Positions 36,216 to 51,009 of a stretch of 64,000 nt of DNA are shown piece after piece. Both the position numbers and the translations under genes were made by a program. The DNA is from Harriotta raleighana (lineage: Eukaryota). The stretch lies in NCBI GenBank assembly GCA_050575255.1, contig JBNZDD010013678.1, forward strand, positions 3,901,405-3,965,404. The letters are read 5' to 3'. Below the pieces are notes generated by a model that saw only the letters and a program-made list of their open reading frames with translations, did no database searches and was not told the DNA's origin. The stretch's first letter is position 1, and every line of letters begins with the position of its first letter.

Positions 36216-37475
36216 TTACACTGTAAGTGCAGTACTCTTCAGGAAAAAAAACAGTTGGTGGATAACCTTTTGGAAATGAGTTTTGTTTTATTTTCATATC
36301 CTACATCTGAATGTTAATACCTTATGAATAATTTGTTTTTATGGAATCTGAAAAATTGCTTTTCTGAAATTGCATCTTACAATTGTGGCAAAGCAGGAGA
36401 CGGCTATTCGGTTTATTAGATCTTGGCAGATCTTTTAATCTCAATGCCTGCCCTTTCACCATGCCCTTTAATGCCTCTATTGTCCAAGTCGCTGTTTGCT
36501 TCTAGTTTAAGTATCCCTATTGATTCTGCCTCGACAACCTTCTTGGGTAGACCGTCACTAAATTAGTATTCAAATAGATTATTAGTTTGAAAACCATCAA
36601 CTCCAAAATAGTTACAGGATATGAAGGTCTTGGGTTGAGAAGATGGCAGAGTAGACACTGGAAAATGTGTGACAGTGTGTCTAGGGTGGTCTAAAAATTT
36701 CACCCAGGCCAATTAGGGCTCTATCTACCATAAAGAAACTTAGTACTGTACCAACATAGTGCAAATCTAGAAAATATTCAGCAGCATATAATCTATCATA
36801 GAACACTTGGATCAGATTTTCATTACATTTAGCAATTAAAATGTACTTTTATGTTATGCTGAGTCGATTGACCTCAGTCGACAAATGACTGCATCTGAAT
36901 GTTTCTTTAGAAAATGTTATTTACCAGTGATACATATTCCTTTCTGTACATGAGTAAATCTTATGATTGAAAAAGGACTTAACTAAATTTGTGTATACTG
37001 TTTAAAGCACCAATAAAGAAACTCAAATTTGCTCTTTCTTAAAAATATGACTTGACTAATTTGCTTTTAATACTTACATGATACAGTATCACTTTTTGGG
37101 TGTTAAGGCATGTTGGCATTTAAAGTAATTCTGAGAGAACATCAGCTAAGATTAGGAGATACTATTAAAAAAAAATGATGCATTACCAATATTATTACTT
37201 AGCCTCACTTTATATTTAGGAGATCATTTTTGCTTTCATTTCTGTTATGTCAGATGACCTTTTCGGTAACTGTAGACAGCCAATATGATGGTAATCCTTC
37301 AGTGCAAAATTAGGGTTCCTGATGTTTGGAGGGAAGTACACGCAGCTAGTGGCTTTCTACTGCATGAAACAGATAGAAACTGTTGTTTTTATATCACGTT
37401 TAATTCACAATTGAGTCTCTGTGCTGTTACATTTCCTTTACAGTATTTATTTAGTGTGTGCCTTTGTTTTCACAG

Positions 37476-37523
37476 CTGCAGAACCTTGGCCAGAAAATGC
37501 AAAGCTGTATCAACCATTGAAGG
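37476..37523 (+). CDS. MTX2: Metaxin-2 exon 2
   Basis: AAEPWPENAKLYQPLK; CACAG acceptor, GTAGGC donor. Confidence 0.95.
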
Positions 37524-38302
37524 GTAGGCATTCATTTTTAGATTAAATACCGTAATTGTTCACCAGTACAGTTAAATAATTACCATGGTTTTTCCAAATG
37601 AAGAAAACTGACTCTTTATGCAGTGAGCTGCATTGTTCAGCAAGAGGAGATTCAGGGCATGTAACAGAATTTTTCAGTATTTGGTGCTATTATGCCTGTC
37701 TATTAAGAGGTTTTACCCAACATCTGTCTGTCAACATAAACCAGCCATTCATGAAGTCTAACCTTCATGGTTTATTATTGAGCCATTATATCTATCGGCT
37801 CCTGTAAGTAGTTATCTAGCTGCAGATCCTATTGACAGATTTACCAACAATTAGGATATGATTTGTAGATGCAGCAGATTTTTAAATATTATGGTGAACT
37901 TCAGTCTCATTAAAAAAGACCTGTTAAAATCCTGCACACTGGCAGAGACAGTTCAGGTTTCCTTTAGCAGCTCTTCATATATCATCAGCTCATGTTAAGG
38001 CCCCCATTTGGGGCACAGCAGCCTGCTCCAGTTGTCAGAAGACTGCAAAGTAATGAAGACTAATGGGTTGCTGCCCCAGTCCTCCAAACCAAGGAATTTT
38101 TATTGCAGTGAACTTGTCATCTTTCTTTCCTCTGACAGACTGAAATGTTTTATAATATTAACTTCAAACAGCTTTTTTAAGAACAATATTTGAGACATTT
38201 CTCACTTTTAAGTAAACAATGCAAAATGATTGTGGTGTACTAATGGTCCGATTCAGGTGATAAAATTGCCTTCTAAATGACTTTTGTCCTCTCATTATGC
38301 AG

Positions 38303-38349
38303 GGGAACAGATCTTGCTGTCAGACAATGCTTCATGTCTTGCTGTTCAG
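38303..38349 (+). CDS. MTX2: Metaxin-2 exon 3
   Basis: GEQILLSDNASCLAVQ; AG/GT boundaries in phase. Confidence 0.95.
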
Positions 38350-41300
38350 GTAGGAATACCAACATAGTCTTGTATTCTCAGTGTTAAAGGTCAACTAACA
38401 AGATTTGACACAAAATGTTTTATCAGCTTGAAAGGAATCAAAGTTGTTGGAATAGTACCTACTTTGATAATTTATATGAAACTCATTGAAACTTGTTTAG
38501 GTTGGAAATCTAGTTTATTTGGCAGAAATAAATGCCTGTCAGGAAACTAATAGAAGCCAGTTAATGGTGACCCAAAGATTATTTATACAGAAATATGAGC
38601 TCAAAGGTGAATGCTGTACTCCATGCAAGACTCAATTTCAGAACTTTTATTTTACTATTGTATGTAAATTGATTTATAATGTATCATTTTATAACTTCTA
38701 GGATATAGTTTTGCGGAAAGTGTGGTTCAGCTTTTTAAAAAAATATGCTGCGTTAATGGACTACGAGATTTCACTGGTGAACTTATTTATAAATTTATTT
38801 AACAATAAGATTGTTATCTTCTTTGAGGTGCATTTATATGTTCAGGAATTCAAATGCTTAAAATGATTGGATTTTTCTGGGCAACTTTCACGTTGAAAAA
38901 GCTTAGTTACATGTAACTGTAGCTCAGTGGTAAGTTTCTTAGGGTGTCTTATTGATATAGTGCAGTTTTTCTTGATGATGTTTAATTTAAAGTAGTTTAG
39001 TTTCCTTCATATCAAATTTTATTGTTTCATCCTATAAATTTAAGATTTCAAAAAAAAAATTTGCATTCATTTGACCTGAACCGTTTTCTCAGTATTCAAT
39101 ACCTACCAGTATGTAGTCTTATTCAGTATTATTTGCATGAATTAAGAATTATTTAAAGCCAGTATTCACCCAATTTCAAGGTCTTTGGAGGATCTACTAA
39201 TTTTAGCCTAGTTTTCTGCTCTTCGCTTCTTCTGAAGTGTTTTGACATTTTTCCTTCTGTTGGTGCACTGATTCTTAGGAGTCCAATTAGTCATTATTTG
39301 TTTGCATCTTGACACTAGGTCTTGGCTGCGTATTGAAGAGAGTGCAATGGTATCCTTTAATTCTTCCAGCAGGTGTTTATATGATGATCAGTTGGAAAAC
39401 ATTGCTGCTTTTATTGTCCCTAAATCAGGTGTGTTGAGGCCAGTGGGATCAAAAAACCTGGCAAACATGCTTCTGAAAGCAATTGTTTAAAAAAAGATGA
39501 ATTCTGAACAAAGTGAAGAGGGTAAATGAGCAGACAGACAATTGGCCTTCATCCCTAAGTTTTTGGCACATCTGGTTGTTACCCGAAAGGAAGAAGAGTA
39601 GTTTGTTAAAGTGAATGAGACAAATGGAATACAATTGGGGTACACGGAAGCTATGATGTAGATGGATCTTTACGGCCTTAATATGCTGGAAAATACACTA
39701 AAAAGTAATTGAATTCTGGTTCATGGTGGTTTTTCTCAAGGGATCTTTTCATACCAATAAATGCCACATTTGGCTTTTGACTCTGGTAGCTGGAAGAGTC
39801 TGCCAAACATAACCATGCGTAGTGCCTACTATTAATTCAGCATGTGCCAAATCCATGCATGATTTGCATTCCTTATGTGTGTAAAGTAATGCACAGAACT
39901 GACATGTGCAAAATGGTGGCAATTGTGCATGCACACATATACACACAATAGTGAAATCATTGCATGTGTAACTCCACCAAACTCATGGGCCAGTCCCTTT
40001 TGTTTTTGATCAGCAAGTGTCTGACGCATTTGGAAACCTGTCACCATGCTTAAGAGTATCCAAACCAAGCTGAGATTTCCATGCATCCTATCTACACATG
40101 GAAATTCCAGAGCAATTAGCTAATGGGCAAAACCTTTGGTTAGTTTACAATTGTGCCAACAACAACACTTTGCCATTGGCAAACTAGTAAGCTAAACATG
40201 GTATGAAACCCTATTTTGGAACTTATGTGGCTTTCAGAAAGAATGCTCTCTTTAAGAGAATAATTTTCTATTCATGTGCATGTAAGAGGATTTACATTTA
40301 AATGTAATATAATTAGATATTTAGAAACAGCATTGCAAACTACTTATTAGATATTCTAACCACAGATTACTTATTAAATATTCTAAATTGTACCTAATAC
40401 CTTTCGGATGGCTATTTTCTGTACATCAACAACAAAATTACATTTAATATCATCTTTCATGTCGGGAAGGCTTCCCAAGCTGCTGTGACGCCTCCCCAAT
40501 GTGAAAGGCGCTATACAAATGCAGCATTTACAGCATTTAGTGTACATGGGTACTGTGAGCTCTAAATAATTGTTGCTTTATTTCCTTCTTAAAGTCAATA
40601 CAATTGCAATGTTTTTGCTGCAAGATACATACAGTCATATTCAGACAAGTTACAGTTTCAATTTTGATAGTTTTTTATGGTCATACAATCTTCTATAAAG
40701 ATTGCTTTTAATATATATATGGTCTGGGTTTTTCACACTTCTAGAAATAATGTGTTTTTATGCAGGTTCTTCTGAAAGCTTCACTGCTGCTTTGTGTAAT
40801 GTTTGATATACTTTTCACTCAAGTGATGATGTGTTCTATTGTAAATGTTTTTCCAACAAATAACAGAATTAAATATTTTAATATTCAATAGAAAACCCTT
40901 CCAAAACAAATTATATCAGAAACTACATCACCATACAAGAAAAACAATTTAAAACTTTAGTATTATGTACACTGCAGTTATCATATTGAGAGCTCAGAAG
41001 TGAAAATGCATACATAGTCCATTGCATCATTTTCTCTAATATTAAGTTACAGGTGGAAATTAAATTGTGTTGTTGAAAATTCTGTATTGACTGATGTGAG
41101 GAATGGTTTAGTTTAACAGATCTGGTCAGTAGGCATATGCAATCGCCAGTGGTATAAAACAAATAGTGAGTTGCTGGTAAAATTACAGGTGATTGTACAA
41201 TGCGTTCATCTATCATTTCTGGACCTCACTTGTACTAATGCTGAATGAACAACAATAACATTGCTTAATGCCATTTGTCCATAGCTGCTTGTAAAATGGA

Positions 41301-44300
41301 TTGATTTTGAAAATGATTACGGCTGGATGGTAAATTACATTCGCACGATTAAGGAAATTTGTTCAATGTTTAAACTAGTACTTAATATAATTAGGGTCTT
41401 AATTTGTGTTAAACTACAAGTAGAGCCATTAGCCTAACTGGATTAGGAATTTGTTCTGACTCAGAGATGAGGAATGATGCAGTGCAGTTTTCATTTGTAA
41501 CCACGGACACATACGTTGAATTACAGACTCTGTAAGTATAAAATGTGAAAGCAGCTTCAGGGTCCAACTGTATGTATTCATAGTTATAATAATTTACAAC
41601 TGCAAAATAAATGCAGTATTTTAGAAAATATTTAAAATACAATTTAAATTAATCCTTGCATTTGTGCCTAAATTAGTTTTAGCAGAAATAAACTCATTGT
41701 GAAACACCAATATTTGTACTGGAAATGAAGTTGCATTGCACGATACTATGGACACAGTTTAGGGAATAATCCATTAGAGTGCAGTATTTCTAATGCACTC
41801 AGATTTCTTTGAGAACATAAATATTCTTGTTTTACAGCCAGGACATTATTGAATTCTGTACTCTGCTAAACCCTAAATTGCAGGCTTCAGCAATGAATTT
41901 CTACCTTTATATGCTTTGGAATGTTTATGTTTATGATCAAAATAATTTTAAAATAATAATCATGTACATATAGAAAATTAGAACTAGAAAATTCCCACTG
42001 TGATAGGCAATATGAGTTTTAAAAAACATTGTGCTTCTCATTGAGCATATTAATGAGATAAACTTGATGATAATTGTAGATAAACAATAATTCTCTAGTG
42101 TTTAGATAGATGAAAAGTTAAACAACTCACAACAAATATATAAGAACTGTTAATTTTGCAGTAAACATTCAATTTGTAGCACTTTAAATATTGCAGTTAC
42201 GTTTTGCTAAAGTAAAATCTTTGATAAGATTATTTTCTGTCAGCAACAATTCCATTATTTGCTGATGCTGCTTTACTCTTGTGTTGTTTAACTTTAGTTG
42301 TAGAGAATGGTGACAGTATCATTGGGTTATAGTTGAAAAGAATATGTGCCCTCAGAGTTCTCGAAATTCAGTGTCTTTCTCGTATTTGACCTTGACACTG
42401 TACCAAGAGGGCTCTAAATGGTACCAGCAATAACATCGCAGGACCATGATACTAAATTATGACTTAGGGTTCTTGCAGAAAAAATGTTTTGTGACTTTCC
42501 TAAGTCAACTACTGTATATAGAAAAAAGCATTAATGCCATTAATTCATACAAGAATAGTTGTTTTCTAAAATGTAAAGTTCTTTTAGCATTTTAATCATG
42601 TACATTAAATTGGAGATAAGTTAAGATGGAAATGTGCAACATTGTAATGACTTGTTACAGAGTCACAAGATGCAGTTTTCACATTTATAGTTCCCTATCT
42701 CAGTTTTCAATCTTTGTTATGCCATCAAAAGCAAGCAAGTGCAGCTAAATGTTTCCCTATAGGGAGGAATGGAAAGTTTTTTTGGATTGGCATCAGAGGC
42801 TGCCAAAAGATTGCATTACCTGAGAACAGGCAGAAAGGATGTTGCCCTTCCTCTCAGCCAGGAAACAGATGCTGATATCTCAAGATCTATAAAAAAGAGA
42901 GCCAAGAAGCCAAGAAAAAAAATCGGAAGAGGGAAATTATTTTCTAATTAAAATATTTGGTGTTCAAAGTGCCCATGCTGCGGAATGGAATGTGTCCCAC
43001 CTAGTGCCAACATCAAATACTCCCCGCAGAATGGATGGAAATAAAGGTGAAGGACAAAGATTTGCAAGTCTACATTCGGATTTTTAAACGACAAAGTGTG
43101 CCACTCAGTGCTTTCTTTTAGCAGTCAAGCTGCGTAAAACATAAATACACTCTTGTATAGATGAGAAAATTTCAGACCAGGTGAAACATAAACTGTATTT
43201 CTATTGCTAAATCAAGAGGTAGCATTGTGTAGATTTTATTATTGCTAATTAAATTTTGCCTCACAATCCTGAACTCAAGCACATCATTTAACACCTAACT
43301 ACATTGCATGATTACTGCAAAAGCGGTGTTGACCGCAGCAATATTATAGATTAATTTTCTTGGAGTCCCTTTTATTAACACTTTTAAGCATGTGGTGTAA
43401 TAGGAATAAGCACAGGAATCCTTCAGCTTACTCCTCACTGATTTCTATGCATCAGTAAGTGTCTTGCTGTTTTATATAGAGCTTGGGACTCATTTTAATG
43501 CCTCATAAACTTCGTGATTTTTTTCCTCTCAGACATAGTTGTTGGGTATTTCAAATAAATAGAAAATAGACAAGAGCCCTGCAATATCTATACTAAAACA
43601 TGAGGTATTCTACATTAACATGTGCCCTTTTCATTTTTTTTTAAACTTATTGGAATTCGAACAAATGCCCAACTGAAGAGATGGAAAAGGAGTGTTTCTA
43701 GCACGGTAGAAATAGAAGCAAAAGCTGACTTCCTTGGTCTTTAGAGACACTGAAATGACAATACATTTATCTTAATATTACAAATATCCTGAGAATTCCA
43801 TGGCAGCTGTTTAGAAGAGGACCGTGTCCTCGGTGTAGCACTGTGGCCGATTCAGTCAGCTGGCTGGCTGGCAGCACAAACACACCACTGCGCAGCCACT
43901 GCTCCTCATAGCAGCAGCAAGCAACCCGGTGACACAATTTTACAATTCACCTCAGGCTAGTTTACAGTACCTTGAATTCAATTTACTTTCCTATAGTACA
44001 TAGAATTGTTGGTGGAAAAACTGAGACCTGGCTGGAGGTTGGCAGCGTTGCACACTGAGGCAAAGTGCCAGCAAATTGTTTGTCTCCAACATTGTGCTCG
44101 CATGAGCCTTTGGGGAGCCACACACAGTGTGCTTGCCAAACAAAATAATGATAAATTTGCTGCACGCTAAATCTGAAGGTTTCTATTCTTTTCTATTACT
44201 TCACAGTCAGATTTTTCCCTTCTAGCTTGAAGTAGTTTGTAATTGGTATAGTACGAATTAGGACCTACAAAGATTGCTCCTTGTATTGATCAAAATATTC

Positions 44301-44784
44301 TTTACTAGCCGTCATGAAAAACCAAAGAAACAAACGCCTTATTGTTCAGCAGGAATAAATTCAAGAGAATAACGGATTAATTGTATCATCCATTACATCT
44401 CTCAACCTTACCCCCTCCCCCCAATATTTGAAGGAATCGCCTTTATGGCAAATCCATTATATTCAGCAAATTCAAACAGTTTATTTCACAAAAAGTTATT
44501 ATACAGTATTTATTTATTGATGATTTGCATATTTTAAATCTACGTCATGAAATCAGTACATGAAGAAACAACCCTTCGAGCCTAAATATTTTCCTGATCT
44601 TTTGTAATTAGGCATTGGATAGGGGTGATGGGATCCGCCGATTGCTTTTGATGTGGATCAGCCCCACCTAACAGCCAAAGGCGGATTAACTATTTTCTTT
44701 TTCTTTCTAATGATGCGATCTATCTTGAATTATGATTGCATGTTTCTAAAATGTTACTTTCATTGCAATGTTGTTGTATTGCAG

Positions 44785-44857
44785 GCATTTCTGCGGATAT
44801 GCAATCTGTCAGTCCAGGTGGTTTACCGGGCAAATGCAGAGTATATGTCCCCATCTG
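44785..44857 (+). CDS. MTX2: Metaxin-2 exon 4
   Basis: [24 protein letters not shown]; GTAAGT donor. Confidence 0.95.
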
Positions 44858-47541
44858 GTAAGTCTGCCGCTGAATCAAATTCCTGGAGGGGCTGTTTTGT
44901 GCGGTGCCATGGCAACATATCTTAGCCTGTAGCCAATAAACAGCACCATAATGTGACCTACCTCTGGTCACAAGCTATTCTTGTCACATGCTTTTGTGAT
45001 GCTATGTTCATTCTCCTTTTTCAATCTTGTTTATTTGTATTGTAAATGACTGTAAACTTGCAGTTATTTGAGAATTTCCATGGCAAAAACACGCGAGTTA
45101 GCAATATGCCACAGAGGATATTATGACCTTAAATCTGAAAGAGCTATTACCTACTGATTATTCCAGCTGTGTACAGTTAGTCAAGCAAATAAGAATGAGC
45201 AGCTGTGCACTTACCTAGCACTTAGTTTTCATGACATGAGAAATTTAATAGAAGGATGCCTTGCTTCAGACATTGCTGGGATGGTTATTTACACTATTTC
45301 TACTTTGAGTGTGAATTGGAAGATGGGTAAGAGGCATGCTCTCAGAATTGATTTTTGGATTTTAGCAGTATGCATGTGATTCTCTTGGTCTTAAAGGATT
45401 CCCTTTGTGCCTGAACACATGTGAATAAAAGCTCAGAGACCTCTATGTTCAAAGAGACCTGCAATTCTTTTGTGATACATTTTATCATATGGATGCAGAT
45501 GAGGCTTTTGTTCATACGTTTCACCTCATCTATTACCCTAAGGCTGCCTGTGAAGGCAATGAAGACTGAATCCATTCAAAGGAACCATGACGGAGCCTGC
45601 TGTTACTCTGAACTGTATGTGAACTGGCCTTAACAGCAGGTTTTATGCATATTGGCCAAACATTTTTTCTCTGGTCCTTTCTTACCAAAATATGAAACAA
45701 AATACTATTTATGTATGTTTCCATAAAAAATTGTAGTCCTTTAAGTTTTATTATTGCTTCCCCCACCCTCCTCCATATACGTACACAATCCTTATCGTTT
45801 TTTTTAAATTTTACTACTTGTATCACTCCAGAGAGAAAATAAAATGCTAAGCAAGCTATAGCTGAATGGTAGCTACTTGAGTATGAATGAATATTCTGAG
45901 TTATTCTTTATTTGTCTTTAGGGAAATAGAGTATTTATCTCTTAACTTTCCTTCATGAGAGAATTGGTGGGTGAAATTGATGAGAGTATACGTTCTGTGT
46001 TTGTTGGAACAATTGAGCTTTTCTCACACTGTTCTTTACGATCTTACTGCTGGTCTGCACTCATGATTCCATGGTGGGAGACTTTTAGTACTGTATTGAG
46101 AATATGAAGGGAAAGGAAAATCTGAAGTGCAGGCCACCCTAAACTCTCTCCAGCTGCTCTCAACAGCAGATTTCGGAATAGCATTGGTAGAGATAAGAGT
46201 TCAGATCACAATTATTTGAATGTAATATGAGGTATTGAGTATAGAAGAACCAGTTGGAGGTATCATTTGCTTTGGATGAAAATGTTCAAATTGATTCAAT
46301 GATTAACATAACTGTAGCTTTTGTAAATGTCCTCAGATTGGGATAGCCTATTGGTGCTTTGCACTTTGACTTCTGAAATCAAGGCAATTTTTGGAGATGC
46401 TGTTCAAGATTGCTTATTGCCCCCCCCCCCCCGCCCACCCCTGGTAAATATAGGGCAAACCATCTGTGGTTGGTGTTGCATAACTTAGTAAAGGCCGACA
46501 TCCTAGCATCTAGTGGCAGAATTGTGAAATATTGGCAGGAAAACTGAAATGCACTAAATAGAGAATAACGTAAGTTTAATAACCAGATTGAGGAACAGAA
46601 ACCAAACAAGATAATAGGCAGGGTTACACCAAGCAACATTGAAATAAAACATCTTAAATCATACTGAAGGAAACAGGATAACACAATGCTTACAAAAGTA
46701 CTTGTGAATGAAATATTGAGGAGAAATAGAGTCAAAAAGATTTTGGCAGAAACTTAGAATGATCCAGAGTGGAAACTTGCGATTAAAAGCAATCGATAGA
46801 CTAGCCTACGTTTTTTCTTGGTGAAGTGCCCTCATTGAAGTGGATTTTAAATGAGAGAAAATAAAAGAGTGGAAAAAATGACCAGAATAGTGAATTACCC
46901 TAATTACCAAGGTATTCACAAGGTTGTGTTTAACTGTAGTTGCTGAGTGCTAACATAAGGGACATGAACCAATAGAAAATGGGGAGAGGAGATTTGGAGG
47001 AAGAGGTCAGAGTCCCACTCAGATTCAAATATTTTTCTTTCCTAACTGGAATTATTAACCATCAATCTGTCAGCTAAACGCCAGCTCAGTATTAAACATC
47101 ACACCAGATGTTTTTCCTTTCCTGAAGACATTGTCTTGTATTGAGATGCATGTAGATATAGCACAGAGAGAAAGACAAAAACAATTTGGAGTGCAGCTTT
47201 TAAGAAAAGTACAACAACTTTTTTTTAAAAAATGTTAAGCAAGAACAGTTCACGTGCAACTAGATAGAGTCATATGCACACTTAACAATGTTATAAGGGC
47301 TAGGCAGGAAGAGTTTTTGTCTGTTCAGTTACATACAAAAGGCGTTTAGTTAATTATCTAATATATTCACTACTTAGTGGAGATAGAGCAGATCCATTTT
47401 TGAACTGTTATTATTAAATAACAGCCCTTATTTATTTTGTGATTATAATTATACATATTTAACATGATTCTTTTGTGAGAGGTGCTCCTATTTTAGAGTA
47501 AAAATATTATAATAACCTAAATGATCTTCTTTTACACTTAG

Positions 47542-47618
47542 GCAAGGCTCCCTTTATACATGTGGGAAATCACGTTGTATCAGAACTCGGTCCCATAGTC
47601 CAGTTTGCAAAAGCTAAG
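47542..47618 (+). CDS. MTX2: Metaxin-2 exon 5
   Basis: [26 protein letters not shown]. Confidence 0.95.
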
Positions 47619-48147
47619 GTGAGAAAAATGATAGCTGTTAGCATACTTTGGCATTGCAAATGCCACTTCATCTGTCACTTTGTGTTGTGTTCTGTTGAAT
47701 CAGCCATCTAAAAAAGCATTTACTGAAATTTTTCATCTTTTAAATTAATAGGGCATTAGGTTTATGATTACAGTGTAGCAGATATATGCTACTCTAGGCT
47801 GATAAAATGCTTTCTACCTTTTTGTCCTAAAACTGTTTCATTTAAATGATAATTGTGTTTGATTAAGCAATGTGATGTGCTTCCTCCCCCTCTAAAACCT
47901 ACACTGCATTTAAAAACTGTTGAATTAGAGCTGTTTGACAGCTCCCCCAATGGTCCAGTGATTAAATGCACTGCCTGATACAAGATTAAACCTAAAGACC
48001 AAGTTCAAATTACTGGTTCATACTAATGACTTTTATTTGGATGGTAAATAATCAACTGAATGTTCATTGTACAGTAATCTTGATGATCCTTTAACTGCAT
48101 TAAGAATGTAGATCTGAAAGTGTACATCTACAAACCTTTCTCTCCAG

Positions 48148-48240
48148 GGCCATTCACTTAGTGAGGGACTGGATGAAGTTCAAAAAGCTGAGATGAAAGC
48201 CTACATGGAACTGGTGAATAATATGCTTTTGACAGCTGAG
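48148..48240 (+). CDS. MTX2: Metaxin-2 exon 6
   Basis: [31 protein letters not shown]. Confidence 0.95.
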
Positions 48241-48636
48241 GTATGTCTGCCTAAGGACCATTACTGTTTCTGTTTTCTCAATACTATACATTAGAATCAA
48301 TCTGGTTGTCATTCCTCTTCAATGTAGCCAGTAAATGTGGTAGTGGCATTACGAGTGAGGAGATGATTTGCTTTATAAAACAAAGTGGTTTGGGTAGGAA
48401 ATTGCATGGGACTAGGGTGCATGTATGACTTGGGTGATAGGGTAGGTGGTGTTTTCAAGCAAGCCAGCTTTCTGCATGACTGATCAGTGATTGTGCACCA
48501 TTATAAGATGGGTTGGGATTCTGAGCACCACACCCAACTACGGATCTTTATCACCGGGATATTGTGTGGACCCACACAGATATACATGTATAATGTTTAT
48601 ATACTTCTGGACTAACTTTTGTCTTTTGTCGTACAG

Positions 48637-48675
48637 CTTTACATACAGTGGTGTGATGACAGCACTTCAGCCAAG
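48637..48675 (+). CDS. MTX2: Metaxin-2 exon 7
   Basis: LYIQWCDDSTSAK (human LYLQWCDEATVGE). Confidence 0.92.
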
Positions 48676-50024
48676 GTGTGTAATGTGTGTATAATGCCTT
48701 AGCACATTATAAAGTTTTACAAAATGGGTCTTTTAATTTGTAAATATATTGATGAACCTAGAATAATAGCGTTAAATTTGAAAACCTCAATGTTTTGCAT
48801 ATTTTCTTTGAGTCAAATTGAAGCTCAGCCTCTGAGCAACTCAGTAATGAGAGCAACTCACTATTCAGGGCAATTTTCCACAGCCTTTGTTTTTAATAGG
48901 AACAGATGGTATCCAAAATATCAAACTTCTTAATGAGCAAACCAGGTCATTCTTGACTGCCCTTAATAGAAAATTTCCACAAAACTATTTTTTTTACAAA
49001 ATATTCCAATACAGGGGAACTTTATACAGTTTTCTAATATTTCTAAATATATTTGTCATGCCCAGACAACATTATTGTAGAACCTATTAAACAATTTTGA
49101 TGACAATAAAACGATTTCTGCCTAAACTATTATGGTAATTGCTATGATCCTACTTTTGTTAAACACTTCACTATAAGGAGGAAAGTGACATAACTTGACT
49201 ATTGAGACATTTTCTCCTTGTAATAGCAGTCAATAGACTAGTCTATTTTGCTCTTGTTGGTGAGATGCCATCATTGTATTTGGGATTTTGATCTCCATCC
49301 ATTCAAATGCAGGAAAAAAAACAGACTGTGAAGAGACCTGAAGAGTGAGTTACCCTCACTATAGAGGTGCCCACAGATAAGATTGAATTATAGTTACTGT
49401 GTGTTGACACAATGGATACAGGCCAGTAAAAAAAACTGGAAGGGGTGGGGGAAGAGGAGATCCACGGAGCATCAGATTATCATATCCAGAGCCTTCTTAA
49501 CTCATGGTATTGACTATCAATTGCTGCTAGAGGATAATTCAGCATAGAAATTAAACACCTTACCACATTGTTTTTTCTTCTCTCCTCTTCTCCTGAAGCC
49601 ACTGACTATGTTGAGCTACAGGTAGAATTTAGCTGAAAGAAATTTTCAGAATTGAAAAGACAAACAAGGCAGAATTAGTCAATCATTGACCTTTGTAAGC
49701 CTTGCCTCTTAAATAACAGGGTACTGTGACTGTGCTTTATCAATTTTTTTGTAGTGTTATTTCCATTTGACATATACAATATTGTATATATTTATATATT
49801 ATATAATTAAAACATTACCAATCATTTGCAAATAGATTGGAATATAGAAAAAAGTGACAAGGAATGGGGATAAGCGCTCTGAGACGCCGTCCTGTGTGGA
49901 GGGCACTATATAAATCAAAGTTGTTGTTATTTATGTGGTATATTACTCTAATTAAAGGATTTATCCAGCCTAATAGTTCATGGACTGTGCAAGCTAAAAT
50001 GTTCAACCTTTTTGGAATTAAAAG

Positions 50025-50150
50025 ATAACTCGATGTAGATATGGCTCTCCCTATCCTTGGCCTCTTAACCATATCCTGGCCTATCAAAAACAATGGGAAG
50101 TAAGACGCAAGATGAAAGCCATTGGATGGGCTGGGAAGAGCCTTGCACAG
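50025..50150 (+). CDS. MTX2: Metaxin-2 exon 8
   Basis: [42 protein letters not shown]; weak AAAG acceptor inferred from the protein alignment. Confidence 0.92.
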
Positions 50151-51009
50151 GTCAGTTATTGTCATTTTTCAGTATCATTTGAAGCAATTTGCTGTTTTAA
50201 AATGTTGAATTATAAGCAAAATAAAATTTCTATATATTTTAAGACGTGTTTTTTTTTAAGCTCGCGAAAGTAGACTCACATTTGCAAAATCTGAATTTGC
50301 AATACTGATAGAAACTGAATCTCAAAAATTACTTTTTTGTATCTAGGAATTGAGTGGTAAAGATTGCTTGTGTAATTCTATTCAAAACTAAATCAGTTGT
50401 CTGACCAATTCACTGACATCCCTGTGACAATGCTTTTCATCAGTACATTCAAGAATTAAAAGGCAGAATTTGTTGCCGGCCAACAAAATGATGCGTTTAC
50501 CCAAACCTAACGCAGGAATTCTTATTGAACATTGACTGTTGCAACCAACAAAAATGTTTTAGCAAATTACCAATTTTAATTCCCCTCAAGCTTGAAAATA
50601 CAGTATCATGAAGTGTACAGTAATAAACTGCCCCTACACATTGATTGATTCAATACAATAGCCTGCGGCTTTGGCATCTGATCAACTCTGATGTCGTATG
50701 AAAACACACATTTCCTGACAAGTTTATTGCTTCAATCAGGAACATAATCTATGTAACGCAAGTGATCTTCAAAGTAAATTTTAGTGTGTGCTGGAGAATG
50801 AGTGATTAAATAATGGGTCCAGGTGTCTTCAAAAGCAAACAGAAATCCAGGGATTTAGTTGTTTATGGATATCACCTGGCCTCTGAAATTACAAGAGAGA
50901 ATAGTCCCTCTGAGCTATTTTTAAAAAATATCCTGTAATTGGTTGTTAATTCCTAGTCTTTTCGTTGGGGAAACAATTTCTGGAATTCTATTGAATGCTC
51001 ACCTCATAA

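Noticed and set aside
46503-46520. CTCF-like motifs (also near 42995-43010 and 55405-55425)
   Set aside because: Partial matches with core mismatches; cannot be supported without PWM scoring or ChIP.
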